From positions 331,413 through 395,412 of the forward strand of contig JBDRYB010000001.1 of assembly GCA_039803205.1 (NCBI GenBank): 64,000 bases of DNA, read 5' to 3'. The notes beneath the pieces were generated by a model. It saw nothing but the letters and a program-made list of their open reading frames with translations, searched no databases and was not told where the DNA came from. The stretch comes from a candidate division WOR-3 bacterium (GTDB lineage: Bacteria > Hydrothermota > Hydrothermia > JBDRYB01). Below are positions 10,493 through 20,525 of the stretch, piece by piece; within the stretch, counting starts at the first letter, position 1; each line of letters starts with the position of its first letter. The translations under genes and the position numbers were made by a program.

Positions 10493-11284
10493 ATGATCCC
10501 TGATCTCAATCCGAGGCCGATCGCATGGATAACCCCGATCATATCAATCCTTGCGCTTTCCGCGACATGCAAGCCAAAGACCTCACCAGTTGAGGTACCT
10601 ATTAACATAGAAGAACGGTTCGCTGAGGCCATGTCCCTCTACGAGAACGGTCAGTATGCCAAAGCCGCTCAGATCTTCCAGTCCGTTGCTCAATCCCAGA
10701 GAGATGGGTTACACGCTTACACGGACGACGCGGAGTATTATCTAGGGATGTGCTTTCTGATGACGGGGCAGTTTACCGAAGCAAAAGGGGCATTTGAGTG
10801 GGTAATAAAGCATGCCTCATCTGGGGATTTTGCCCCGCTCGCATACATAGGCCTGGCAAGAGCATACCTAAAGGAGGCTCCGCCGGTATACCGGGATCAG
10901 AGCAAAACAACCGAGGAAGCAATTTCTATCTTGGAAACCTTTCTCAGTAAGTATCCGGATCACGAAAAGGCCCCAGAGGCAAAGGCGCTCCTTTCGGAAG
11001 CAAGGGACAGGATGGCCACCAAGGCCATTATGGCAATAAGGGTCTACGAGAACCTTATGAAATATGAGGCAGAGCTCCACTACGCGGATCTTTGCATCCA
11101 GGAATTTCCGGAGAGCCCTCTTGTCTGGCAGGCAAAGCTCTTCAAAGCAAGGGCCCTATATTTCCTATACAGGGATGATGAGGCGCTATCGGTTCTTGGA
11201 GAGATAGAATCCTCTGATGCTAACGGCGAGATAAAGTCAGAGGCAGTAATCCTGAGAAATCAGATCCTCGCGAGAAAACAATGA
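10493..11284 (+). CDS. bamD: Outer membrane assembly lipoprotein BamD-like
   Basis: Lipobox-like LSATC, TPRs, YRDQSKTTEEAI...FLSKYP pattern. Confidence 0.75.
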   Translation: MIPDLNPRPIAWITPIISILALSATCKPKTSPVEVPINIEERFAEAMSLYENGQYAKAAQIFQSVAQSQRDGLHAYTDDAEYYLGMCFLMTGQFTEAKGAFEWVIKHASSGDFAPLAYIGLARAYLKEAPPVYRDQSKTTEEAISILETFLSKYPDHEKAPEAKALLSEARDRMATKAIMAIRVYENLMKYEAELHYADLCIQEFPESPLVWQAKLFKARALYFLYRDDEALSVLGEIESSDANGEIKSEAVILRNQILARKQ

Positions 11285-11865
11285 AGATAGGCATCTTCGG
11301 TGGTAGGTTTGACCCTATTCACATGGGCCATCTCATAGTCGCACAGGATGTCCTGGAAAGGCTTGGGTTAGACAGACTCGTCTTCCTCCCCTCGTTCCAT
11401 CCTCCACACAAGGGGACCGAGGCCTCATACGAGGACAGGCTTGAGATGATCCGTCTGGGGATAGGCCAGGACAACGGCCTTCTTGAGGTCTCTGACCTTG
11501 AAAGGCGTCTCGCCCTTCCGAAAAGCTACACAGTTGACATACTTGAGGCTCTGAGAAAGGAGATGCACGAGGAGGATGAAGTCACCTTCCTAGTGGGGAC
11601 CGATGAGTTCGCGAACCTGCCGTCGTGGCACAAACCTGAGCGATTGTTTAAGCTGGCGAGGGTCGCTGTTCTCGCGAGGGCGATAAAGACCCCAATAACC
11701 CATGCCCTTGCCCAGCACGCCACATTCGTTCCCAACAGGGTTGTTGAGCTTTCTTCCTCGGAGATAAGGGAAAGAGTAAAGCGAGGGATGAGCATAAGGT
11801 TCATGGTTCCTGAGCCTGTTAGGGAATACATACTCAAGAAGGGGCTATACGCTGGGAGAGGATGA
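11281..11865 (+). CDS. nadD: Nicotinate-nucleotide adenylyltransferase
   Basis: GIFGGRFDPIHMGH, LSSSEIRER. Confidence 0.96.
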   Translation: MKIGIFGGRFDPIHMGHLIVAQDVLERLGLDRLVFLPSFHPPHKGTEASYEDRLEMIRLGIGQDNGLLEVSDLERRLALPKSYTVDILEALRKEMHEEDEVTFLVGTDEFANLPSWHKPERLFKLARVAVLARAIKTPITHALAQHATFVPNRVVELSSSEIRERVKRGMSIRFMVPEPVREYILKKGLYAGRG

Positions 11866-11877
11866 GGTCCTCAACAG

Positions 11878-12399
11878 CTACCAGCTGGCGTGGAAGGGAA
11901 GGATATCGCTTTCCCTAGGCAATATCTCCACCTTAATATCCTTGCCTCCCGCGAGCTCAAGCGCCCTTTCAACCCATCCGGCTACATTGTGCCTGTATAT
12001 CTCTGGGAGATCAGGGCATCCCGTGATGCAGAAACGCGCCGCGTTTGCCCCATCTGGGATCACGACAACCTTGCCGAAATCGTGATAAAAACCCCAGAGC
12101 GCGTTTGTCCTCTTTATTATGAAAAGTGGACTAGCGAAGAAAAACAGGAGCCTGTGCGGGCCCCTTGAGGCCCTGTCAACCGAGAACCTCCCCATCTCCC
12201 AGGCAACTGTTCCGAAATTCGCGCCCAGGGCCCTCTCCATCTCCTCAAGCACCATGCAAAAAGCCAAAAGCGGATACCAACTGTTCGGCTGAGGGCTCAG
12301 GGGTAATCCAGCGTTCCCGAAGAGTTCCCCCCACCTATCCCCCAGCTTATCCTGGGCAAAGGAAGCCAGCTCTATAACATCATATCCCCTTATGTTCAT
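11878..12399 (-). CDS. Hypothetical protein, DUF2378 / HNOB-V4R-like small ligand-binding fold
   Basis: SWYP, MGRFSV, LWGFYHDFG, GWVERALELAG pattern; SD GGGAGGTG before ATG 12399. Confidence 0.5.
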   Translation of the reverse strand: MNIRGYDVIELASFAQDKLGDRWGELFGNAGLPLSPQPNSWYPLLAFCMVLEEMERALGANFGTVAWEMGRFSVDRASRGPHRLLFFFASPLFIIKRTNALWGFYHDFGKVVVIPDGANAARFCITGCPDLPEIYRHNVAGWVERALELAGGKDIKVEILPRESDILPFHASW

Positions 12400-12493
12400 G
12401 CTCACCTCCCGGAGGGGCCAGAAATTATATATTCATCATCCGGCCCGTTTCAAGTTGCAAGCGGATGCGGGATTGCAATAAAATTTTCTCCCT

Positions 12494-12566
12494 GGGGCCG
12501 TAGCTCAGGTGGGAGAGCGCTGGAATCGCACTCCAGAGGCCAGGGGTTCGAATCCCCTCGGCTCCA
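12494..12566 (+). tRNA. tRNA-Ala(CGC)
   Basis: Cloverleaf; GGGGCCG/CGGCTCC acceptor with G3:U70; anticodon loop ATCGCAC; no encoded CCA. Confidence 0.95.
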
Positions 12567-12569
12567 CTC

Positions 12570-12642
12570 GCGGCGGTAGCTCAGCAGGTAGAGCGTCAGC
12601 TTCCCAAGCTGAGGGTCGCGGGTTCAAATCCCGTCCGCCGCT
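12570..12642 (+). tRNA. tRNA-Gly(CCC)
   Basis: Cloverleaf; anticodon loop TTCCCAA; T discriminator; no encoded CCA. Confidence 0.95.
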
Positions 12643-12777
12643 TATTTATTCATGCAGGCTTCCAAGCTTTTACTCCATAACGGAAAAGCGCGAAAAACAC
12701 CCTGTTTTCGGTCAGTTATGGTCGGTTGGGAAATGGGCCTTTGTTCATCTGAGGCCGTGGGTCGGGTGAGCGAATCC

Positions 12778-13863
12778 TCACTTTGCAAAAACCTTGACCA
12801 ACTGGCCCTCTGCCATTACGAACCAGAGACCATCAGCTAATCTGAGGCCCCTTCCTGGCTCAAGGGTTCCCTGCCAGCCGAGCCTACCCAGCGGATCATA
12901 GGCCGAACATTCAACTGGGGCTTGGCCTGTCCAGAATATCTCTCCTGCCCTAACTATGAGCCTGCCGGGTTCAGGAGCGGCTGGCATGGTTTCGTCTTGG
13001 ACGAGGGACCGGCATCCCTCCCTAACAGCCCATATAGCGTTGCGCCAGAGCTCAACCGCGTCGTTCATGCCATCCCCGTCGGTATCCGCGCCATCCTGCC
13101 ATTCTGCAAGGAGTATTGAGAATAGCACTGTATTGCACGGCCACGAGCCGGCTGGGCCTTTCACCGTTATGAGGGCCTGGCCGTTCTGGTAAGTGGGGGT
13201 AAGTCCGCCCAGGAGAGCAACGGTATCCCCTGGTAGGGAATACTTGTAGGTTCCGTCGCCATCGTCCCACCAATCATCCCAGTAGCCAGTGTAGACTGAT
13301 GGTAGAGGGTTCGGGCCTCCGGGGCCAGTGTAGTTAGTCAAGGGATGAGTGAAATCCCAAAGGTATATGTCATAAGCATAGCCCAAGTCAGTATAGGGAC
13401 CCTGAGCGCCGAGCAGGTTCCAGAGCTGCTGATAAGACCCCTGTTGGTCACCGTCAAGGTCAAACTCGGAGAAGACGAGCTTGCCTCCCGCATTTACCCA
13501 GTTATACATGTCGTCCCAGGCATCCCAACCGAACTCGTAGCAAGCGGGGTGGTCAACAGCGACCAAGTCCCACGGCCCGTTGTTCCACATGTCGTTCAGG
13601 AAGGAGACATACTGACCAGAGCAATTTGACCAGTAGTAAGTGAAGGTATAGCCCAGGTTGGCGTTGAGCCACTGAAGGGCTCTGTATAGGTGGGTCTGGT
13701 CCCATGAGCGCATGAAATCATCAGAGTATGCGACGACCGTCCCGCCCTTGCCGCTTCCGAGGACGACCTTCACTGTCTGGCCCCCCTCGCCGCATGGGTT
13801 TATCCATACCGTAGCGTTGCTCCCTCCTGATGAGAGCAAAACCATAGCTATATTAAAGATCAT
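12778..13863 (-). CDS. Hypothetical secreted protein with T9SS-like C-terminal domain
   Basis: Short hydrophobic N-terminus; acidic/aromatic body; C-terminal AYDPLGRL...DGLWFV...VKVFAK; SD GGGAGG. Confidence 0.65.
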   Translation of the reverse strand: MIFNIAMVLLSSGGSNATVWINPCGEGGQTVKVVLGSGKGGTVVAYSDDFMRSWDQTHLYRALQWLNANLGYTFTYYWSNCSGQYVSFLNDMWNNGPWDLVAVDHPACYEFGWDAWDDMYNWVNAGGKLVFSEFDLDGDQQGSYQQLWNLLGAQGPYTDLGYAYDIYLWDFTHPLTNYTGPGGPNPLPSVYTGYWDDWWDDGDGTYKYSLPGDTVALLGGLTPTYQNGQALITVKGPAGSWPCNTVLFSILLAEWQDGADTDGDGMNDAVELWRNAIWAVREGCRSLVQDETMPAAPEPGRLIVRAGEIFWTGQAPVECSAYDPLGRLGWQGTLEPGRGLRLADGLWFVMAEGQLVKVFAK

Positions 13864-13992
13864 GTCAAAACCTCCCTAGCTAATCCAGATGCATAGGTTA
13901 AACCTTAGGATCAAGCTCGTTCAATCTTTGGCTCCCCAATATCCAGCTCCCTGATAACGGCCTGAGCTGTCCGGGATCGTGGTGCAGGGTGA

Positions 13993-14319
13993 TCACCCTT
14001 GCGTTTGGCCCCTCACGGACCTCTCCACCCACCCCAGGTAATCCGGATTCCCTTCTGAGACGGACAGGGCGATTATCTCAGGGACGCTATACGGGTGATT
14101 GGCCTTGGTGAATTCCAAGAGGGCCGGGAACGCTTCTTCTGTCGTTTTTATCACGAGAAGGGCCTCTGTGTCCTCGCACAGATTGCCCTCCCAGCGGTAA
14201 AAGGATTTCACCGAGGGGATGATGTTGACGCACGCGGCCAGGTGGTTCTCAACGAGGGATTTTGCGAGGGCTTCCGCCTTATCCGGCGGTATGGTGCAGA
14301 GAACAACGAAGACCTTCAT
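13993..14319 (-). CDS. cutA: Divalent-cation tolerance protein CutA
   Basis: LAACVNI, YRWEG, HPYSVPEII. Confidence 0.95.
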   Translation of the reverse strand: MKVFVVLCTIPPDKAEALAKSLVENHLAACVNIIPSVKSFYRWEGNLCEDTEALLVIKTTEEAFPALLEFTKANHPYSVPEIIALSVSEGNPDYLGWVERSVRGQTQG

Positions 14320-14320
14320 A

Positions 14321-15607
14321 TCACGGATAGATCCTTTCCAACATCCTCGGGAAGGGTATCGCCTCCCGGATGTGGTGAACGCCCGCTATCCAGGCAACGG
14401 TCCTCTCCAAGCCGAGGCCGAACCCCGCGGTTGGAACCCTTCCGTAGCGCCTTATGTCAAGATACCACTGGTAATCCTCTATGGGCATGTTCATGGCCTT
14501 CATGCGCTCGAGAAGGGCATCAGGGTCATCCTCGCGCTGAGACCCTCCTATTATCTCTCCGCGGCCCTCCGGCGCGTAGAGGTCAGTGTTGAGCACAACA
14601 GAAGGGTCATCCGGATCGCGCTTCATGTAAAATGGCTTTATCGCGGCCGGATAATGGGTGATGAAAACAGGCCTATCAAAGGCCAGGGATATTATAGCCT
14701 CTTCATCAGCGCCGAAATCCTCATCTGGTTTAACGGGCTTGCCTGCCTTTCCCACTATCTCCCATGCCTCCCTGAAGGTTATGCGGGGGAAAGGCCTTTT
14801 GACTGCCTCAAGGGGCTTCGTGTCCCTCTCAAGCACGCTCAGCTCCAGCTTGCGTTTCTCCATAACCCTCTCCACGATATAGACGACCATTTCCTCCATT
14901 ATCAGAATTATGTCCTCAAGCCCTGCCCACGCGACCTCGGGCTCAATCATCCAGAACTCGGTCAAGTGCCTCCTGGTCTTTGATTTCTCCGCCCGGAATG
15001 TTGGCCCAGCGCAATAGACCTTTCCGAAAGCGTATGCTCCAACCTCCTGATACAGCTGGCCGGACTGAGAGAGGTAAGCCCGTTCGCCAAAGTAATCAAC
15101 CGGAAACAGGGTTGATGTTCCCTCGCACGCTGATGGCGTCAGTATTGGCGCGTCAAAGCGGACGAAGCCGTGGCCATCCAGCCAATCGGATATGGCTCTC
15201 TCAACCTCTGCCCTTATCCGGAGAAGCGCCCACTGTTTTCTGGAGCGAACCCAAAGGTGCCTAAGGGGCATGAGGAACGCGACCCCGTGCTCCTTCTTTG
15301 ATATTGGATACTCAAAGGAAGGGGAGACGACCCTGAGGTTCCTCACGGTCATCTCGTAGCCGCCCGGCGCTCGTTTATCCTCTCTTATTGTGCCTCTTAT
15401 TTCAACCGAGCTCTCGAGCCCAAGGCTTTCCGCTATCTCAAAATCCTCATCCGGCACCTCGCCTTTGACCAGGACGCACTGCATAAAACCGGTCCCGTCC
15501 CTTACTATTAGAAAGTGGATCTTGCCAGAGGAGCGGAAATTAGCAACCCAGCCCCTGATGAGGACCTCCTGGCCGACAAAATCCCCAGCTCGCTCTATGC
15601 TGAACAT
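14321..15607 (-). CDS. asnS: Asparagine--tRNA ligase
   Basis: YLSQSGQLY, TFRAEKSKTRRHLTEFWMIEPE, EIIGGSQRE; start reassigned to ATG 15607 (TATAAT + 7 nt). Confidence 0.96.
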   Translation of the reverse strand: MFSIERAGDFVGQEVLIRGWVANFRSSGKIHFLIVRDGTGFMQCVLVKGEVPDEDFEIAESLGLESSVEIRGTIREDKRAPGGYEMTVRNLRVVSPSFEYPISKKEHGVAFLMPLRHLWVRSRKQWALLRIRAEVERAISDWLDGHGFVRFDAPILTPSACEGTSTLFPVDYFGERAYLSQSGQLYQEVGAYAFGKVYCAGPTFRAEKSKTRRHLTEFWMIEPEVAWAGLEDIILIMEEMVVYIVERVMEKRKLELSVLERDTKPLEAVKRPFPRITFREAWEIVGKAGKPVKPDEDFGADEEAIISLAFDRPVFITHYPAAIKPFYMKRDPDDPSVVLNTDLYAPEGRGEIIGGSQREDDPDALLERMKAMNMPIEDYQWYLDIRRYGRVPTAGFGLGLERTVAWIAGVHHIREAIPFPRMLERIYP

Positions 15608-15707
15608 CCTGAAGATTATAATCCATGCATGCGTAGTTGAAACAACAAGCGTGGATGCTGGATAATATGAAACTGCTCCGCATTCGCGGAGAGTAGTGGA
15701 GGTTATT

Positions 15708-17111
15708 ATGCATACCAAGACAAACCTTAAAGACAGGGTTCACAGGGCCATCGTTGGCGACCCCGCTAATGGGATCGCTGGCCTGCAAGATGACCTCTGG
15801 ACCAACATTATTCCGGACATAAGGCGTAGCCATGGCTCTTGGCTATATGATGCTGGTTCTGGAAGGGAATTCCTGGATTTCAAGTCATTCTTCGCCACAT
15901 CAGCCGTTTCTTACGACCACCCGAAGCTTCTGGACAAGGCTTTCATGGAGCGGCTAGCTTGGGCTGGGGTTCAAAAACCATCCCTGTCTGACATGTGGCC
16001 CCTCGAGATGGCTGAGTTCGTTGAGACATTCCGCAGGGTTGCTGTCCCAGAGGGGTTTTGCCACCTGTTCTTCATTGAAGGGGGCGCTCTCGGGGTTGAA
16101 AATGCCCTGAAGGCCTCCTTTGACTGGAAGGTAAGGCTGAACATGGCCAAGGGCCTCATAAAGAACGATCCACAGGAGGAACCTCGTCCCCTGGGCACAA
16201 GGGTTATAGGCTTTGATGAAGGCTTCCACGGCAGAACAGGCTACACCTTGTCTTTGACCCACACAGCGGATCCCAGGAAATACAAGTATTTCCCGAAATT
16301 TGACTGGTTCAGGGTTAAAAACCCAAAAATCAGGTTCCCATTGACCGAAGAGAGCCTTGAGGAGGTCAAGCGCAAAGAGGATCAGGCCCTTGCCGAGATA
16401 AACGCCATACTGAAGGAGCACCCGCACGATATCGCGGCCATAATAATAGAGCCAATCCAGGCTGAGGGGGGTGACAACCACTTCAGGCCCGAATTCCTGG
16501 TGGCTCTGAGGAGGATAGCTGACGAGAACGACATAATGCTCATATATGATGAGGTTCAGACAGGCCTCGGGACAACGGGCAAAATGTGGTGTTTTCAGCA
16601 TTTCCCGCCAGAGGCGACCCCGGACATGATAGCTTTCGGCAAGAAGGTCCAGCTCGGCGGGATGATGGCGAGGAGCGAAAAATTGTCACGGGTAAAGGAA
16701 AATACCTTTGCGCCACTCCCAGAGAGCAAGAGCAGGCTCAATTCCACATGGGGGGGCAACCTAGTTGACATGGTTCGCTCCCAGAGGATCCTTGAGATCA
16801 TAGAGGAGGAGAACCTGACCGAGAACGCGGCCGCGATGGGCGAGAAGCTCCTTGATGGCATCAGAAACCTCGCGGACATGTTCCCCGGCCTAATAAACAA
16901 CCCGCGGGGGCGCGGCCTCCTTTTGGCCTTTGATGCGGCAACCCCTGAGCTTCAGGGAAAGATATGGCAAGCCCTATACGACGAGGGGCTTCTGTGCCTC
17001 ATCTGCGGCAAGCTCGGGGTTCGCTTCAGGCCCCACCTGGATGTCACGGAAGAGGAGATAAAGGAGGGCCTGAACAGAATAACCAAGGCCTTGGGGAGGC
17101 TCAAAGCGTAA
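15708..17111 (+). CDS. lat: L-lysine 6-aminotransferase (class III PLP enzyme)
   Basis: FFIEGGALGVENALKASFDWK, FHGRTGYTLSLT, EPIQAEGGDNHF, STWGGNLVDMVR; SD GGAGG before ATG 15708. Confidence 0.88.
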   Translation: MHTKTNLKDRVHRAIVGDPANGIAGLQDDLWTNIIPDIRRSHGSWLYDAGSGREFLDFKSFFATSAVSYDHPKLLDKAFMERLAWAGVQKPSLSDMWPLEMAEFVETFRRVAVPEGFCHLFFIEGGALGVENALKASFDWKVRLNMAKGLIKNDPQEEPRPLGTRVIGFDEGFHGRTGYTLSLTHTADPRKYKYFPKFDWFRVKNPKIRFPLTEESLEEVKRKEDQALAEINAILKEHPHDIAAIIIEPIQAEGGDNHFRPEFLVALRRIADENDIMLIYDEVQTGLGTTGKMWCFQHFPPEATPDMIAFGKKVQLGGMMARSEKLSRVKENTFAPLPESKSRLNSTWGGNLVDMVRSQRILEIIEEENLTENAAAMGEKLLDGIRNLADMFPGLINNPRGRGLLLAFDAATPELQGKIWQALYDEGLLCLICGKLGVRFRPHLDVTEEEIKEGLNRITKALGRLKA

Positions 17112-17113
17112 AT

Positions 17114-17164
17114 AAACCCCCGGCCAGACCGGGAGGTGCGAGGGTTTTATCCGGCCGGGTGGTT
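17114..17164 (-). terminator. Large-loop hairpin H1 (loop contains CACCTCCCG) downstream of propeller gene A
   Basis: Minus strand CCCGGCCGG-ataaaaccctcgCACCTCCCGgt-CTGGCCGGG followed by a T run. Confidence 0.75.
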
Positions 17165-17188
17165 ACTGGCACAATATGGTTCGCGTTT

Positions 17189-18763
17189 TTACTCAATCAC
17201 CTTGAGCACTTTTGTTCCTCCTTGATACTTCAGCACCGCAAAGCAAACGCCCTTGGTTAGCTCAAGGCCACCGCGCCCTGGGTTGAATGTGTGGGCCCCT
17301 TGGGTGAGAACGCCGTTATACAGGTTCTGGATGAGCCTGCCTGAGGCGTCGTATAGAGTGAGAGAGATATGGAAAGTTGCTGGCATGAAAAGATAGATGC
17401 CTTTGCCCCTCGGCTCTAGGAGAATCTTCTCCTTCATGATATCTTCTTCCTTTTCCCCTTCATATAAAGGGCTACAGCCTTGCGTATTATTAGGATCATC
17501 TATAGCGAAGATCCGGCTACTATCGGGCATCGCGTCCTGAAGACCAAAAACTATCTCAATGCATCCATCGAGATCTATATCAGCCGCAAAGGGCGAGTGG
17601 ACATCTGTCGAGAAGCCCCCCATGCTCCAGAGTATAGAACCATCCTCTCCGTTGACACATATGAGGGTATTTGTGGGTAGGTCGTCCTGCGAGAGCATGA
17701 TCTCCAATTTCCCGCCATCATTTCCGTCCACATCCACTATGGCTCCTTGGCAGTGTATCCCGGCGGGGAAACCTGTCTTGACCCATTTTTGGGTTCCATC
17801 TGTTCCTCTAAGGCAATAGAGACTCGGGGCCATGGTTCCTATTACCACCTCTATCTGGCCATCAGCGTCAAGGTCTGCTACCCCAGGGGAAGAGTATATT
17901 ATCGCGCCTCCTGTAGAAAAGCTCCACTTAGTTCCCCCATCCGTTCCCGCGAAACAATATATCACTCCGTTTGTGGAAGCCGCAATGACCTCAGCCTTTC
18001 CATCCTGGTCGCAATCATATATGACCGGATAATTCGGGAGATCCCCCATTAAGCTTCCTATTCTCCTAGCCCATTTACGAGTCCCGTTAGAGCCTTCCAG
18101 ACAATAGAGCGTGTCATTGGCGGCTATGACCACATCCAGGTCCAGGTCACCATCGCAATCAGCGACCGCGGGCCCTGCTCGACAATACATGATGGAGGAA
18201 TTGTTCCATATGGGGGTTCCGTTGAGTCCTGAGAGGCAATATACTCCGTTCATGTATGTGCCAAAGAAGACCTCAAGCACTCCGTCTCCATCCAGATCAG
18301 CGGCATTGGGTGAAGCCATTGTGCCTGGCGCAAAGGACCATTTCTCAGAGCCGTCAGAACCTCTGAGGCAATAGAGGTTTTCTCCATAGTCAGAAACGAT
18401 GATCTCAACAGCTCCATCATTATCCACATCAGCAACAACAGGAGTGGAACGCACACTTGAGATGAAGTCCCGTGTCCACTTGCGGGTGCCGTCCAGCCCG
18501 CTGAGACAATAGAGCTTCGCGCGACGGACGCTGGATCCATAGCTTCCCATGATAACCTCTGGATACGGATCCGCATCAACATTTGCGGAGCTTCCGTATT
18601 GCCACTCCACCATGCCCGCTGAGTCCGTTGGCGCACTCCACTGTATTACAGGGCTGGTAATGGCTCCTTTCATGAGCTGCTGCCCAGTATGAGCAGGATC
18701 GCCCGCCCACATGGTCCAGGTCTGATAGGCCTGGCCTACGAACATAGTAACTGCAATAAACAT
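17189..18763 (-). CDS. Secreted FG-GAP/PQQ-like beta-propeller protein A with T9SS-like C-terminal domain
   Basis: Repeats ADxDGDGxxEV...YCLxGxDGxxKW; C-terminal LYDASGRLIQNLY...GVCFAVL...KVIE; SD GGAGGTG. Confidence 0.85.
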   Translation of the reverse strand: MFIAVTMFVGQAYQTWTMWAGDPAHTGQQLMKGAITSPVIQWSAPTDSAGMVEWQYGSSANVDADPYPEVIMGSYGSSVRRAKLYCLSGLDGTRKWTRDFISSVRSTPVVADVDNDGAVEIIVSDYGENLYCLRGSDGSEKWSFAPGTMASPNAADLDGDGVLEVFFGTYMNGVYCLSGLNGTPIWNNSSIMYCRAGPAVADCDGDLDLDVVIAANDTLYCLEGSNGTRKWARRIGSLMGDLPNYPVIYDCDQDGKAEVIAASTNGVIYCFAGTDGGTKWSFSTGGAIIYSSPGVADLDADGQIEVVIGTMAPSLYCLRGTDGTQKWVKTGFPAGIHCQGAIVDVDGNDGGKLEIMLSQDDLPTNTLICVNGEDGSILWSMGGFSTDVHSPFAADIDLDGCIEIVFGLQDAMPDSSRIFAIDDPNNTQGCSPLYEGEKEEDIMKEKILLEPRGKGIYLFMPATFHISLTLYDASGRLIQNLYNGVLTQGAHTFNPGRGGLELTKGVCFAVLKYQGGTKVLKVIE

Positions 18764-18805
18764 CTCAACACCTCCAAGGTTATCTCGTTTCTGTTTCTGG
18801 CAGTA

Positions 18806-18839
18806 ATTATAACCGTGGATGTAATGCAGATGTAACGCA
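18806..18839 (-). promoter_or_regulatory. Promoter of propeller A: two 11-bp direct repeats, 6 bp, then TATAAT
   Basis: Minus strand TGCGTTACATC TGCATTACATC cacggt TATAAT. Confidence 0.7.
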
Positions 18840-18900
18840 AATTGCGTTGGTTCGTTGTCTTAACTTGATTTTGGCCATTTCTAACCCTTATAATTTTTCT

Positions 18901-20484
18901 ATGGGCGCAGACGAAATTGTAAGGGAAGCCATAATGAGGTTCCAGAAACTAGGTGCTTTGGAAAGATATATTGAGGAAATCAGGAAGGATAGTGGGATTC
19001 TTGCGGCACAAGTGGCTGAGGTTTATCTGGATACCGTAAGACATAGGCACGATATGGCTATTAGAAGAGGTAAAGCGCTCATTGCAAAGACCCATAATAG
19101 CCCGTGGGTGAGAGGGTATCTATTGATGCTACTAGGAGTGAACTACGGAAATATGGGAGAATTAGGCAAATCCGTCAATTGTTTTCAGCAGGCTCTGGGG
19201 ATCGCGGAATTCTTATTGGACCGCGATACCGCGCTCCAGGCCAAGGTTTATCTCGCGGCGAGCCATATTTTCAACTCCGAATACCGCGTTGCCTATAGGC
19301 TTCTTTCTTCTATCCTAAAGGATCTGCATAAGAGCTCCCCTCTATTTTACACTTGCTATTATTATTTTGGGATTTGTGCCCTAGCTACCGGAAACCTAGA
19401 AAAGGTAGCGAAGGCTTACGAGGTATATCTAGAAAGCCAAAAGGACAACATAAGAAGGGCTTACTTCCTGGAGATAATGGCTTTTGTTCTCAGAATAAGA
19501 GGGAAACTCGCTGAGGCCATGGAGACATTCGTTAATTCGGCAAAAGAGCATGTTGAACATGGTTCTGCCTACTCCGTGTATCCTATAGCCAAGGCCCTTG
19601 AGCTCTCCCGACTTGCTGGTTTTGAGCCTGTTCCCCGTGAGCTGTTAAAGAAGGCTCTAGATCTTGCCAGAAGGGGAGGTCTAGGCGAGCAGGCTGCGGC
19701 AGAGGAAATAGACGCGCTCCTCAAGGATGACGACTCCGAGGCCGCTGAGATGCTATACGATGCCGCGAATAACTATCTAAGAGCGCATCAGAACATAGAG
19801 GCCTTGTTTTCGGGCCTGACCGCGGCTTACCTGGCCTGGAAGACGGACAGCCCGGTATTCACTAAAGCCTTGAAGCTTATTGCCTCTCTCATTCCCCTGC
19901 ATCCGGGCTTAAGGAAAGACCCCCTCCTTGGGGATTTCATGTCCGAGGTGGAGCCATTTCTGAGAAAAGCCTTGAGACATGGCCAAGACAAAGATGGCAT
20001 AAAGGCGTATCTTATTGGCGAACTCAGGGTTATGGTAGATGGTAAAGAAGTAAATCTAAGGGGTTGGCGCAACAACAAGGCCATAAAGGGACTCATTTAT
20101 CTCCTCTTATCTTCAAAACACAGGATACCATCGGATCACCTTTTTTATCTGCTCTGGCCCAGGAGGGCATTAAACGAGAGGACGCGATATTACCTATATA
20201 ACGCAATAGCCGCCATAAGGAGAAACCTGGGCCGCCCCGAACTCCTCGTCAAAAAAAGAGACTTTTACCAGCTTGAAGGGGATGTCTGGACAGACTTGGG
20301 AGAACTGGAAAACCTCATAAGACTCGCTGACGCTACACGCGATCCTGCCGAGAGGGAGGAGTATCTCGCCAAAGCAAAAGAATTAGCAAGGGGCGATCTC
20401 CTTCCTGAATTCCCCTATGACAAACACATTGAGGAATACAGGTATTACTATGAGAGGATCAGGCAGAGGCTTGGCCTCCGATGA
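18901..20484 (+). CDS. TPR + SARP-family (wHTH, short BTAD) transcriptional regulator A
   Basis: Helical TPR-like N-terminus; IKAYLIGELRVMVDG...LFYLLWP...IRRNLG...VWTDLGELE...ARGDLLPE; TATAAT + 6 nt + ATG. Confidence 0.8.
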   Translation: MGADEIVREAIMRFQKLGALERYIEEIRKDSGILAAQVAEVYLDTVRHRHDMAIRRGKALIAKTHNSPWVRGYLLMLLGVNYGNMGELGKSVNCFQQALGIAEFLLDRDTALQAKVYLAASHIFNSEYRVAYRLLSSILKDLHKSSPLFYTCYYYFGICALATGNLEKVAKAYEVYLESQKDNIRRAYFLEIMAFVLRIRGKLAEAMETFVNSAKEHVEHGSAYSVYPIAKALELSRLAGFEPVPRELLKKALDLARRGGLGEQAAAEEIDALLKDDDSEAAEMLYDAANNYLRAHQNIEALFSGLTAAYLAWKTDSPVFTKALKLIASLIPLHPGLRKDPLLGDFMSEVEPFLRKALRHGQDKDGIKAYLIGELRVMVDGKEVNLRGWRNNKAIKGLIYLLLSSKHRIPSDHLFYLLWPRRALNERTRYYLYNAIAAIRRNLGRPELLVKKRDFYQLEGDVWTDLGELENLIRLADATRDPAEREEYLAKAKELARGDLLPEFPYDKHIEEYRYYYERIRQRLGLR

Positions 20485-20525
20485 TTTTGCCCCACCTTAA
20501 CGCGTAGCCTTAAAATTTTCAAACC

